Assembly (NCBI GenBank): GCA_964035545.1 | Contig: OZ037766.1 | Location: 434,001-498,000 of the forward strand | DNA: 64,000 bases | Direction: 5' to 3' | Origin: Bugula neritina | Lineage: Eukaryota > Animalia > Bryozoa | Shown: positions 49,001-61,228 of the stretch, piece after piece | Layout: the number at the start of each line of letters is the position of its first letter | Numbering within the stretch: the stretch's first letter is position 1 | Translations under genes and position numbers: made by a program | The notes under the pieces: generated by a model | Database searches by the model: none | What the model was told of the DNA's origin: nothing | Seen by the model: only the letters and a program-made list of their open reading frames with translations

Positions 49001-51044
49001 TGTCACATTGAGCTGACACATCATAACACATGTCATATTGAGTTGACACATCATAACAGGTGTCACATTTTGAATTACTGTCTGAGTTACAGCTGACAGC
49101 ATCACATTACTCGAAACAAAGTTTAGTTCACTGAGAAGTAGTCAACTGTCCATCAAACCATGTGACAGGTTCTACGTTGTGACATCATAGGCTGTTACAT
49201 AAATGAGTTAAACTTTTTTGTTGACAAATTGCATGAAAACCAACTGACATTGGAATTCTATGAACAGATAGATTCAAGTTTGCAAGTTTTTTCCAGTTAC
49301 TTTGATCAAACATGAGTTGGTATTTATTCAACAAATGATTAAGACTTAATTACAACACATTTATCACAACAAGCTATTTCCAGTGAGGCTACTCTAGTTG
49401 GACTTTGGTAACATAATCTTTAAACCGAAGGAGGAAAGTAGAGAATATAAAGTACAATACCTTCAGACTGAGTTTTGTTGACAAACAACCGAGTGAGATC
49501 TTCAACTTTCCATTCTCTGTAGATGTTTATATCTGGTAGGTTCATACGAACCATTCCATCAGTGGATGGCGTGACGTGTAGATACGTTCTTAGATTCAGA
49601 CTGCATGCTAGAGCTCTCTGGAAAACAGAGGCATGAAAAGGTAACATACCGGGATGTGTAGATGTACAGTTGGCCAAAACAGAATATTGCAAATATATTC
49701 ATTACAAATATCCATAAAATATTTATAAAGATTCAATACAATTGCTCAACTGTTTCAACAGCTACTTTAAGCAGAATTCTAAACTTTGATTACTAAAAGG
49801 CCTCTATTTAATAATAAAAATATTTTACTAATTTCATCAGCTAGTTGAAATATGAGGAAAGTGTTTGTTTGGAAACACTAGGTCTATTTGAGTTGCATTT
49901 ACAATGAAGAATAATATATCCCTTTAGATGTAAACAATAGATTTTGATATAATACATATCACTAAACTGAAACTATAATAGTTATAGGGGGTTACAGTTC
50001 ATTGATACATATTACTAGTTATCATAGCTCGAATCTAGGTATTAATAAATTCAGGTATGGGCATACAAACTACACACACTGTTCAAATTATTTACTATTT
50101 CCTAACTATATGTACGAGTTATACATGTAGTTCTAGCTATTAGTCATACTAGTACAAGTACTAAGAACAAGGAAACAACCATATACTCAGCCTAGTTTAC
50201 AATCAGGCTAACCGAAACATGTAAAAGAAAACAAAACATCATGTTAGACAGAACCTTATTGGATTAATTATAAGATTGTGTTCTTCAGGCTTAAATGCCA
50301 AAAATATGCCTAATTTACAACTGTGAAATATAGAATAACACTAGGCGATTGCTTTTAGACTTCAGTATAATTAAATGTGATGCAAGTTACTAGTAAAACA
50401 CACTGACACTGATCAACTTTAAAATTGAGGTTTACTGCTGAACTTAGAGTAGCAATATTAATATGAGTAGGAGTGTAACTTATGAATGTAATTTAAATAC
50501 TAAATGTGATTTGTGTTGTTAATGAGTCATTGTCAATCACTGAATCTAATTTTTATAAATTTTTTATGTTAAATATTATTAGTATTATTAGTAGTAGTAT
50601 TTACTATTTGATAATAGTAATAACTAATATTACCATGTGAGGTCAAGTCTTAAAAGTTAGATTTAGTTTTAGGCTAATTAAATAATTAATAATTCATATT
50701 TAAATTCCAATACTAACAGTAACTCAAAGACTTACTAACTCTAAGAGTAAGAATGACTGAAAGTCTAATACTAATACCAATAGTAATACTAATACTAATA
50801 GTAATAGTAATACTTATACTATTACTATAACTATTACATTTACTGTATTAGTGTATTAGCAATGAGTATTAGTAATACTAATATTATATTAGTTATACTT
50901 AATTTTATAGAAATCAAGAATTTAAATAACTCGGTTCTTTATAAGTATTACTATACTTACTTTTCCATGAACGACAGCATGTTCGCCATGTAGGATAACT
51001 TTTCCAGGCGCAGAAACAACTAGATGCTCGCCTTCTTTCATCAT
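46086..51044 (-). CDS. MVK: Mevalonate kinase
   Basis: Nine exons: [18 protein letters not shown] (51044-50961), [67 protein letters not shown]; stop TGA at 46086-46088. Confidence 0.96.
46278..46455. repeat. 22-bp minisatellite TGTGACTATTAGAGTATAATAC
   Basis: About 8 copies in the last MVK intron. Confidence 0.9.
46695..47008. repeat. (TATATACAG)n repeat with inverted segments
   Basis: Directly visible in an MVK intron. Confidence 0.9.
47750..48005 (-). repeat. 30/43-bp repeat copying the MVK exon 4 end and donor
   Basis: Sense unit TTCCCTCCAGGGTAGACAACTCTGTGAGTACATACG|GTGAGTA. The coding donor is at 47977. Confidence 0.88.
48310..48685 (-). repeat. 23-bp repeat copying the MVK exon 3 end and donor (TACTATCTCCTAGTCA|GTGAGTA), 15 donor copies
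   Basis: GTGAGT every 23 bp from 48663 down to 48341. Confidence 0.94.
48833..49068. repeat. 30-bp minisatellite with internal inverted repeat (TGACACATCATAACAGGTGTCA)
   Basis: About 8 copies next to an MVK acceptor. Confidence 0.88.
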
Positions 51045-51059
51045 GTTGTACTTGTTGAC

Positions 51060-51420
51060 AAGACAAATAATCGTGAGCTAATGTCAAGAGAGAAGCATAC
51101 CCACATCGGGATTGAGGGCGTACGATCCGTAAACCAAACTTATTGGACGTGTGTAAATCAGCAGACATCAGCCCATGGATGCGACAAAAAACATATCTTA
51201 AGTTGTAAACTGGACCAATAGCAGCTTCGTATTTAAATATCTAACCAATTGTAGCGTAACTCACTGATTATTGGATAACAGCAATATCACAGAACCTAGG
51301 TTATTTGGTTGCAGATCGTGGGTTATGAACCACGACAATACAAACCGTAGTGCGGTTACATAAAGGTTGGCATAATTTTGTTGGACTACATTACGACAGT
51401 CATAGACATAAGTGTTTTTC
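51060..51420. promoter_or_regulatory. Probable bidirectional promoter between MVK and GBF1
   Basis: CpG-richer patch with CCAAT boxes (~51214, 51244, ATTGG ~51270) between the MVK ATG and the GBF1 5' region, flanked by AT-rich low-complexity first introns. Confidence 0.5.
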
Positions 51421-51617
51421 ATTTTGTTGTTGCTCTCCAAGTTTTTATATCAATTTATGATTACCAATGATTATTAATTTTATGCCAATGGCGTGTTGAG
51501 TTGAGAATATTATTGCTATTTATTTCATATTTCATCTCAGTTGCAGCATCATCATGATCATAGACATTGATAAGTAATTATAATCATAATCATAATGATA
51601 TTGATATTCATAATAAT

Positions 51618-52031
51618 TACTTGACTTACTTGAAGATGCAATCACGTTAGACCACTAGAATTAGTGTAAGCGATGTGCCTCGTTTGGTGAACAGAATTAT
51701 TAAATGTAGTTAATACTTTTATCACATAGGTGCAGTTCTGTTTTAAGACTTTGGTGTCACTGTCAGTACTGGGCCTTATGAGGCCTGTCTGTGAGCAGCA
51801 TTTGATGTTATTTTCATATCACGTATTGTTCTGGGTAAGAAGCTGTTATGAAATAGTAAGGTGTTAGTTCTGAAAGTGGTGGGCATGCCATTTGACTGGG
51901 ACCTGGTGGTAACTGATGTAGTGGGCTGGTCCATGAGGTGTTCATACGATTTTGAGAGTGAAGAATGATATTCCTCTTTGACCAGGATCCGCATCAAGAG
52001 ACTAAGTCGTAGGTCTTTGCGCCTGTTTTGG
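51618..52031 (-). mobile_element. 5'-truncated non-LTR retrotransposon (CR1/L2-like) 3' end
   Basis: Translation QNRRKDLRLSLLMRIL...TRSQ...FHNSFLPRTIRDMK resembles the post-RT C-terminus (RR...RL...SFFPRTI..WN). It is followed by a 3' UTR ending in an AAGTAAGTCAAGTAA short-repeat tail. Confidence 0.7.
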
Positions 52032-53404
52032 GCATAATGATAATTAATAATGGATTAATATTATGCTGATGATTATCATAATCATGAGACATGATTATGA
52101 CATAAAGTAATCTACGACTACTAATCACGATGATGATGGTGTGACACTGACAGCCTAGTCAATGATAATGATGAACTGGAAACTCACAATGATGAATGAA
52201 TATTTTTCTTTGAATCAACTTGAAGTTGATTAAAAGAAAAATATTCATTGTGAATTTCCAATTCAAGTTTTTAGTTGAAATTCAAGTGAAACTATAATTA
52301 AATTTAAATCATAAGTGTCACATTAAATTTAACTTTATTATCAATAACATATATTTTGCTTTTAGTTGAATGATTCACTTCTTCTTGTTTTAGTTTTATT
52401 TTTAGTTTTAATTTTAGTTTTACATTGACATTCTCATTCTCATTCAGTTTCAATTGAATAGTGTTGATTGAATTTGATAATCATTATCATAACTATTAGT
52501 ATTGCTACTATTACTAGTCTTAGATAATAACCATAATGATAATCAGTCATAATCGTGATGAAATATCTAAAAGTTCATGTGATTTTGATTTAGATTATCA
52601 CTATGGTAATTGCAAATCACTTTTACTGTGAGCATATAGTTGATGATAAGCTTCAATTTTGATTTTAATTTTGATTTTTAAACTTTATTTTGAATTTTAC
52701 ATTACTCATTACTCAATGCTTGAATTATATTGAGGATTGAGGAAGTTAGCCTACTTTTTGGTTGTTAATGTCTACTCCATTTATTCTATTTTCAGTTTGG
52801 ATCAATTTTGGCAAATCATTAAAACATCACCATTTAAATTCTTGCTTTGTGTTTACTTCTGTTTTCACAAGTATTATGATTTTTGTGTTCTTATATGTCA
52901 TTCTCAGTCCACTTACGCTTAGTTATGTATGTTTCACTTGCAGTTATTATCAATATAAATTGTAGCTTTTTAACTTCAAGTCACTTGTATATAGAAAAAA
53001 ATTAAATTCTAAACTCAAATCGTTATTTGTTAAAATTGAATTACATTCTAAAATATGTTCATTCAACATCTATCCAGTATAGCAAAAATTGTGTAATAGT
53101 TTGTGCATACTTTTTATGATGTCAATCTTATTAGTAAATTGCTTATTATTTTATTTGTCAAATTGTATTTCTATTGTAGAATGAATCCCTGAGTCTCTTT
53201 GAATGGTAACTCATCTTGCTGATATTACTCTGTATTGGTGATAGAAGTCTTCCCTGCTTGGTGAGTTCGTCCCACATAGTCTTCTTGTAGTGTGAGTTAA
53301 TGTTAGTGTAAGTAGTTCATATTAGTGTAAGTAGTTCATGTTAGTGTAAGTAGTTCATACTAGTGTGAGTAGTTCATGTTAGTGTAAATGTGTTTCACAG
53401 AGCC

Positions 53405-56400
53405 ATGGATGAGCTACAACCTGCCAATGCCCTCTACCTGGTCCAGGGAGAGATCAGTTGTATTGTCACGGAAATGAAGAGATCAATTAGATCTTCCAGT
53501 CACTCACCCGTAAGTTGCCCATCATTTCTCTTTCAGTAGACTTAGGGTATCTAATGTGTTGATATGCTGTACTATAGAGTGTGTGCCTACTTTCTTGGCA
53601 GTTACTCAGTGCTACTAGTCACAGTTACTCAGTGCTACTAGTCACAGTCACTCAGTGCTACTAGTCACAGTCACTCAGTGCTACTAGTCACAGTCACTGA
53701 GTGCTACTGATCACTATCACACATATTTTAAAATTTCCGACAATATGTAGTTGTCTTCTCTCTGCCAGGACTCGTACTGATACATTGTAATGTTGTTATT
53801 TGTCAGCATGAAGAGAATCCTCTAATCAGTTGCTTCACTGACCTGCGAGATACTCTCCACAACACAAAAGGTACCCACCTTCTCTATTATATCTCTCTTC
53901 ACTTCTTTAGATAAACTTGTTTTTGCTTGACTAAGAATTGAATTTCTACTACTAGTACCTGTACTGCTGCCGCTGCTACAGCTGATCTCGATGTATTTTA
54001 GTAGGTTACTCACATTTATTTGCTTTCCAGCTATCTCAGAAATAGAGCCCATAGTCTTTCTCAGTCCTTTTCTGGAGTTGGTTCGGTCAGAAGAAACTAC
54101 GGGCAGAATAACAGGCTTGGCTCTTACATCTATAAATAAGTTCATAGCATACGGGTTCATAGGTGAGAGGTCACACTACACTACACTACACATCCTGTTT
54201 ACTTTACTTGTGATACAATCCTAACAATATAGTATATATGTGAAGTAATATCTTGTAACAGACTGATAGTTTGTTATGAAGACTATTATCTTTATTTGAG
54301 TGTTGAGAAGTAATAAATAGTTCCTCAGGTATAATGAGCAGGAAGTTACTAATTCCGTCCCAAGCTAGTATATGGCGGAGAGGTTGAAGTATTGTGTAAA
54401 CTTTTCATCTGCTACAGTCTCAGGCTTACATTGATCTCTACGACTTACGCTGTAGATTGTAAGAGCAGACATGGAGCTGCTGCCGTAGAGAGTATTGCTG
54501 ACGCTGTCACACACGCCAGATTTGTTGGCACTGATCCAGAATCTGATGAAGTGGTTTTGATGAAGATTCTTTACGTGAGTTTATACATGGTGTGCTGTGA
54601 TTGGCTGTTTCACTGTTAGCACGCGTGTGATTGGCTGTCTCACTGTTAGCATGCGTGTGGTTGGCTGTCTCACTGTTAGCATGCGTGTGATTGGCTGTTC
54701 TATCAATTCCACAAGCTCTCTGTTTCTTTACAAGATTTGTGATAAAAATACATGACTGGTGTATCAAAATTTAAATCCTTCATTTATAATTTACTTTATA
54801 ATCTCCGTGGTATATATTCCTGTATTTTATATTCCTGTGTACTATATCTAGTAGCCTCACCTCTCTCTCACACGAGTAGTAATATCCTCTCTCTCACACG
54901 AGTAGTAATATGCTCTCTCTCACACGAGTAGTAACATCCTCTCTCTCATACAAGTAGTAACATCCTCTCTCTCACACGAGTAGTAATATCCTCTCTCCAC
55001 AGGTGCTGAGGACTCTCCTCCTCTCCCCTTCTGGCTCCAACCTCACCAACGAGTCCGTATGCGAGATCATGCAGTCCTGCTTTAGAATCTGCTTTGAGAC
55101 AAGGTTATCCAGTAAGTTATGTTGATAGAACTGTTGACAGAACTGTTGATAGAACTGTTGATAGAACTGTTGATATCTTCAGATAATAGTATTTATATTC
55201 ACATGTAGAACTGTTGAGACGGACAGCTGATCACATTCTGGTGGAAATGGTTCAGCTACTCTTCAGTAGACTTCCTCAGTTTAAGGAAGATGCAAAGTGG
55301 GCGAAGAACATGAAGAAGGTGAGAGAGTATGTTGTCTGGTATCTGCTGAGGTGTCTAGACTCAGGACATGCAGCTGTTGATGTTCTGATGAGTATCTTTA
55401 CTTCCCTTTATATCGGCGTGTCTCTTTCTATCAGTTGACTATGAGAGCGAGTGGCATGCAGAAACCCCGTAAGAATAAGCACTCTGACAGCAGATCTGAG
55501 GCTACAGCTCCAACTCTAGAGAATCAGGGGCCTGCCCCCTCTGCCTCAGGTGACACTCCAGGTGATGCCCCAGGTACTGCTTCCTCTGCCCCAGGTGATG
55601 TCCCAGGTGAGATGAGTTGCTAAGCTGAATCAGTTTATATACATTCTCTGTATAAACCTGCTTATCACGTGACATACTGATCACATGACATGCTGATCAC
55701 ATGACATACTGATCACATGACATACTGATCACATGACATACTGATCACGTGACATACTGATCACATGACATACTGATAACATGACATGCTGATCACATGA
55801 CATACTGATCACGTGACATGCTGGTCACATGACATACTGATCACATGACATGCTGATCACGTGAAGAGTTACCCCCTCAATCTCTGTATCCTAGAAGCTG
55901 AGCCCTCAGAGTCCCCACGTGATGACACTGTGGAGTTATCTGATCACGGGGAGCTGGAAGATGACAACTCCGGATCTGAAACACACATGGTAGATTTACA
56001 CGAAGGACTTCCTGTAAGTTCTACATTTCCACTCTCTCCATTTCCTCTCTATTTTTCGTAATCACTATAACCACTACCACTGTTAGTATAACCACTACCA
56101 CTGTTAGTACAACCACTACCACTGCTAGTATAACCACTACCACTGTTAGTATAACCACTACCACTGTTAGTATAACCACTACCACTGTTAGTATCACCAC
56201 TACCACTGTTAGTATAACCACTACCACTGTTACTATCACCACTGTTTCTCTTTAGGCTGTGAGACACGACAGTCAGGCTGACCTGAACGATGCTGTTGAC
56301 GATGTGGAAGACAGCGGCAGCTCTGTGGTAAGTTTTTCTTCTCCGACAGCGTCTTGACGTCTCGTCTTGGCATTCACTTGAAATATTCAAACAGTAGATG

Positions 56401-59400
56401 TGTGAATAGTTAGACTAAGCAACTTGCTGCACCTTCAGATATATTATGTGTTGCTACTGAGACTAGCTTGTGTTCTACTCTTAGTGTAGTCTCAGTTCCC
56501 TCTCTGTTGCAGGGTGAACAGGACGACTGTATAGCCACCCTTGACTTTATAAACCCCAAAGGAATCAGGTTTATACCAAAGAAGGAAGGTGAGTTACATC
56601 CCTGTAAATATACTTACTATATACTTACTCTCTACTTACTATATACTTACTCTGTACTTACCTCATGACAGGGCCGATTGTGCCGTACGGTCTGCCAGCC
56701 ATCAGAGAGCTGTTCAGGTTCCTCGTCTCCATCATGAACCCCACAGACAGACAGAACAGTGACGAGATGTCCTACATGGGGATATATTTACTCACCATAG
56801 CCCTAGAGACCGCAGTAGACCACCTCCCCAAGTACGCCTCCCTCATGGCTCTCGTCAAGGATGAGCTGTGCTTCAATCTCTTCAGGGTACTCAGTCTATC
56901 TCTTCTCTACTTACAGTATATTCAGGGTACTCAGTCTATCTCTACTTACAGTATATTCAGGGTACTCAGTCTATCTCTTCTCTACTTACAGTATATTCAG
57001 GGTACTCAGTCTATCTCTTCTCTACTTACAGTATATTCAGGGTACTCAGTCTATCTCTTCTCTACTTACAGTATATTCAGGGTACTCAGTCTATCTCTAC
57101 TCTACTTACAGTATATTCAGTGTACTCAGTCTATCTCTACTCTACTTACAGTATATTCAGGGTACTCAGTCTATTTCTAATAAGTACATATCAATCTCTA
57201 ATTGGTGAATTCCTCACGTTTATACATCTTTGTTATGCACAGCTATGCTCAAATGTTGACATAACATATTAATTGAAATGCAAGGAAAATGTTTCTTTAA
57301 GGCCTGTATATTCTAGCCAATTGCTTTCCTTGTTAAAGTGTCAAGTAGTTGTGTCACACGCTGACTTTACTCTGTAGCAACTTCACACGGAGAAAGTCTC
57401 GCTGTTTGCTGCCGCAATGAACGCCTGTTTCCTGTTGTTTGAGTCGATGAGAAGTCACCTGAAGTTCCAGTTAGAGGTAGGCGTGGTCTCTCACTCTGTC
57501 AGTCACATGACACCTTTGTTGGACAGAGAACAAGTGTTACTGTCATGTATTGGAGTTGTCATTCCCTCACACCTTGGACTGGTATTCTGTCCTACAGATG
57601 TACCTGTCGAAGGTGATGGAGTTGATAGTGTCAGACAGCATGCGAGTGCCGTACGACGTCAAAGAGATAGCACTGCAGGGTCTCGTACAGCTGTGGAGAA
57701 TACCAGGTCTAGTTACCGAGCTCTACCTCAACTATGACTGTGATGTGCACTGCTCCAACCTGTTCGAAGACATCACTAAACTACTGTCAAAGGTGTGGTA
57801 CCTGCATTCAGTGTGGCCTAGTTATCACTCTAGTGACCTAGTTATCTATCTAGTGACCTAGTTATCTATCTAGTGACCTAGTTATCTATCTAGTGATCTA
57901 GTGACCTAGTTAAATATCTAGTGACCTAGTTATCTATCTAGTGACATAGTTATATATCTAGTGACCTAGTTAGTTATCTAGTGACCTAGTTATCTATCTA
58001 GTGACCTAGTTATCTATCTAGTGACCTAGTTATCTATCTAGTGACCTAGTTATCTATCAAGTGACCTAGTTATCAATCTAGTGACCTAGTTATCTATCAA
58101 GTGGCCTAGTTATCTCCTTAGTGACCTAGTTAGTTGTTTAGTGACCTAGTTGTCTCTCCAGTGACCTAGTTATCTATCTAGTGATATAGTTATTTTTCCT
58201 AGGCTTTTGCTGAGGATGATTTTAGTAGCAATATTTCCATACAGTTCATAACCAACTGTAGATATAGCAATTGCTCATGTTATACCATTATGTAAGCTAT
58301 CGAATTATCAGAGTTATCTCCCCGATGTTTGTCTATTTTATGATCTGTTTGCCTGTTATTGTGCAGGACTCCAGTGATACTGAGGTGTACACACCTGCTA
58401 AGGTAGAATGCTTCACACATTATCTCTGTATAATCTCTCTCTACTACACCACCTGTCTAGCTACTGTCATATCCGTGTTCACAGGCTATATATGTGTGCT
58501 TCTCTAAGGCTATGTAACTCTCGTATACTCTACATATATAGGGGTCAAGGTCTATTCCGCTTCTAGTAGACAGGATGTGAAGTTTTCAGTGTCCTGTCTC
58601 TCTGTATGTTTGTCCGAAGCTCTCTGCCGTACGTTATGTTGACACATCACGTGTTTCCTGTTGTAGAATGCGTTTCCCGTGACGGGGCTACACAGCACTC
58701 ACGTTCTCTCCCTAGACGCCCTCCTCACTGTACTGGAGTCCGTAGAGGCACACTGTCACACCAGGATTATGGCCGCTCAGTCAGGTTGGCTGTTTAGAGA
58801 TTTGTATCAGTGTGCACGTGTATCCTTACAAGTGCTGCATCAGTATTGATATATTAGTATCATATTAGTTCTGAATAACTCCATTGATATGATTTAGTTG
58901 AACCTTCTGATAGTATGCGGAGTAGAAATAAAGTTATTTTACTGAGGAATAAGTATTTCCCATATATCTGCTTACAAGAGGCTTACTCTACCAAGTGTTG
59001 GGTTGGTGAGAGACTGTATATACTGTATCTCGTGTATAGACTGAGAGAGTATAGACTGTGTATACTGTGTATAGACTGAAAGTGTAGACTGTATATACTG
59101 TGTGTAGACTGAGAGCATAGACTGTATCTCATGTTGTTATATTCTCCAGCTGATCAGACCGATAAAAGAGGAAGTGCCGGAAACTGGCGGAAGCCTCAGA
59201 TACGTCCCAATAGGATGGTGAGCTCTCAGTCTACACAGGATATCCCCCCTCTGGAGGTGCTGCATGCCAGGAAACAGGAGAAACAGGTACTGGTTACTCG
59301 GGGGTTCCCCCCCCCCCAACACACAGTGTAGGCTCCAGTACCTGCTGTACCTTAAGCTAATGTGTATATAAGTGTGTATCTACTTTTATCAGTGTCCTAG

Positions 59401-60795
59401 ACAATGGAAGGGGGGGGGCTCTTTACTATTAGCTCTCTAGTAGAGTGTAACATTAGTGCTTAGCCTGCAGGTAGAGATGGAGAAGTGAAGGCCAGTTTTG
59501 TGATGTCTATTCACTCTTACATTGACACTGACTAGTTCTAGTTTGTTCATTTTTCTCTGCCGTCTGTTTTGCTGCCATTGAGTTCCACTGAGCGGAGAAT
59601 GATGACCTGATTTCCAACTGCAGGTGTACCAGCAGGCAGTGGAGCTCTTCAACCAGAAACCTAAGCAGGCCATCGCCTACCTCAAACAGCAGGGCTATCT
59701 TGACGAGTCCAACACAGCCGTAGTCTCATTTCTCAAGGACACGCCTAAACTTAGCAAGGCGTTCATCGGTGAATATATCAGCAGGAAAGACAACCCTGCA
59801 CTTACGGATGCGTACATGCGGTGAGCTGGCAATGCTAAGTTAGTCTAGATAGTGTTTTAGGAGTTGCTTTCTCTTTGAGAGACAGAAATAAAATTGTTTG
59901 GAATAATAAAATAGGCTTATAGTTGCTTATGTTGAGAATGATTCTTGTGTCACTGTCTGGTAATGAGTAGGGAACAGCTAGAATAAAGGAAGAAAAATAA
60001 TAATATGTATATCTTACTACTTTTCTAGTTTATACTGTTTTATTATCTATACCCTGTGTTAGGTTAAAGTTTAAACCAAGTGTTTTCTCCATCTCCATGT
60101 ACCTTGCTCTTAAATTACCACCCATAAGTTTGTTAGGTAAGCTTTAATACAACTACATTTTTGTGCCTAATAGTAGTAATTTACAGTGTTTTCTCATAAG
60201 ATTTATTAGATATACTTGTATTATTATATTATATTACTGTATTACATTGTATTATTATATTACATTGTATTATTATATTACATTGTATTATTGTATTACA
60301 TTATATTACTGTATTACTGTATCATAGTTCTACAACATGTTACAGCAGTCTGCTGAAAGTCATATAGAATATGTATATAAGTACATAGAGTTACAAACTA
60401 TTATAATATGTAAGCATATGATTTATAACAGCCAATCAAGTCGTGTAGAATATAGAAGCATGTCTAGCAGAGAGACACCAGCTGAGTTTCCTCTGATAGT
60501 CTGAGTTCCATACAATATACTAATCAGTTGAGGATCTCCTTTCAGCTCGTTCAACTTTGTGGGAACCAGACTAGACGTGGCGCTGCGGATGGTTCTGGAA
60601 ACCTTCCGGTTACCCGGGGAGTCTCCGGTGATAGAGTTTCTGATGGAGCATTTCTCTGTCTACTGGTTCGAGAGTAACAATGAGCCATTTGCTAACTCTG
60701 ACGCTGCCTTCACTCTCTGCTACGCCATCATCATGTTGAATGTAGACCAACACAGTCACAACGCTAAGAAACAGAATATCCCCATGACACTGCAG
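53405..60795 (+). CDS. GBF1: Golgi brefeldin A-resistance Arf-GEF 1, 5' part (DCB, HUS and most of Sec7); continues past the window end
   Basis: [115 protein letters not shown] (glutamic finger), [11 protein letters not shown]. The last visible donor is at 60796. Confidence 0.97.
55120..55176 (+). repeat. 12-bp repeat mimicking the downstream acceptor/exon start (GATAG|AACTGTT)
   Basis: Four to five copies. The true junction is ATGTAG|AACTGTTGAG at ~55208. Confidence 0.75.
55663..55864. repeat. 16-bp minisatellite TGATCACATGACATAC
   Basis: About 12 copies in a GBF1 intron. Confidence 0.9.
56066..56246. repeat. 21-bp minisatellite ACCACTACCACTGTTAGTATA
   Basis: About 8 copies running up to an acceptor. 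Confidence 0.9.
56881..57175 (+). repeat. 40-bp repeat copying a GBF1 donor (TTCAGG|GTACTCAGTCTATCTCTTCTCTACTTACAGTATA), 8 copies
   Basis: Donor-like sites at 56887, 56927, 56962, 57002, 57042, 57082, 57122 and 57162. Confidence 0.93.
57817..58192. repeat. 20-bp minisatellite CTAGTGACCTAGTTATCTAT
   Basis: About 18 copies after a GBF1 donor. Confidence 0.92.
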
Positions 60796-60805
60796 GTCAG
60801 TAGTT

Positions 60806-61095
60806 GCTAGTAGTAGTGAGTCACTGTTACTAGTCAGTAATAACTAGTAACTAGTAGTAGTAGTGAATAACTCTTACTAGTCAGTAATAACTAGTAACTA
60901 GTAGTACTAGTCAGTAATAACTATTAACTAGTAGTACTGGTGAGTCACTGTTACTAGTCAGTAATAACTAGTAACTAGTAGTAGTAGTGAATAACTCTTA
61001 CTAGTCAGTAATAACTAGTAACTAGTAGTAGTGAGTCACTGTTACTAGTCAGTAATAAATAGTAACTAGTAGTAGTGAGTCACTGTTACTAGTTA
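60806..61095. repeat. ~45-bp TAG/ACT-rich minisatellite
   Basis: About 6 copies immediately after the donor at 60796; units contain GTCAGTA and GTGAGT. Confidence 0.85.
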
Positions 61096-61228
61096 ATATT
61101 CTTAGTAAGTCACTTAGTAAGTAGTCAGCAATACGTCTGCATTTATAATTTAATAAAAAAATGATGTTAATTACAGAATATTATATATTAAGATTATACC
61201 GTACTATATATGTATATAGGTGTGTATA

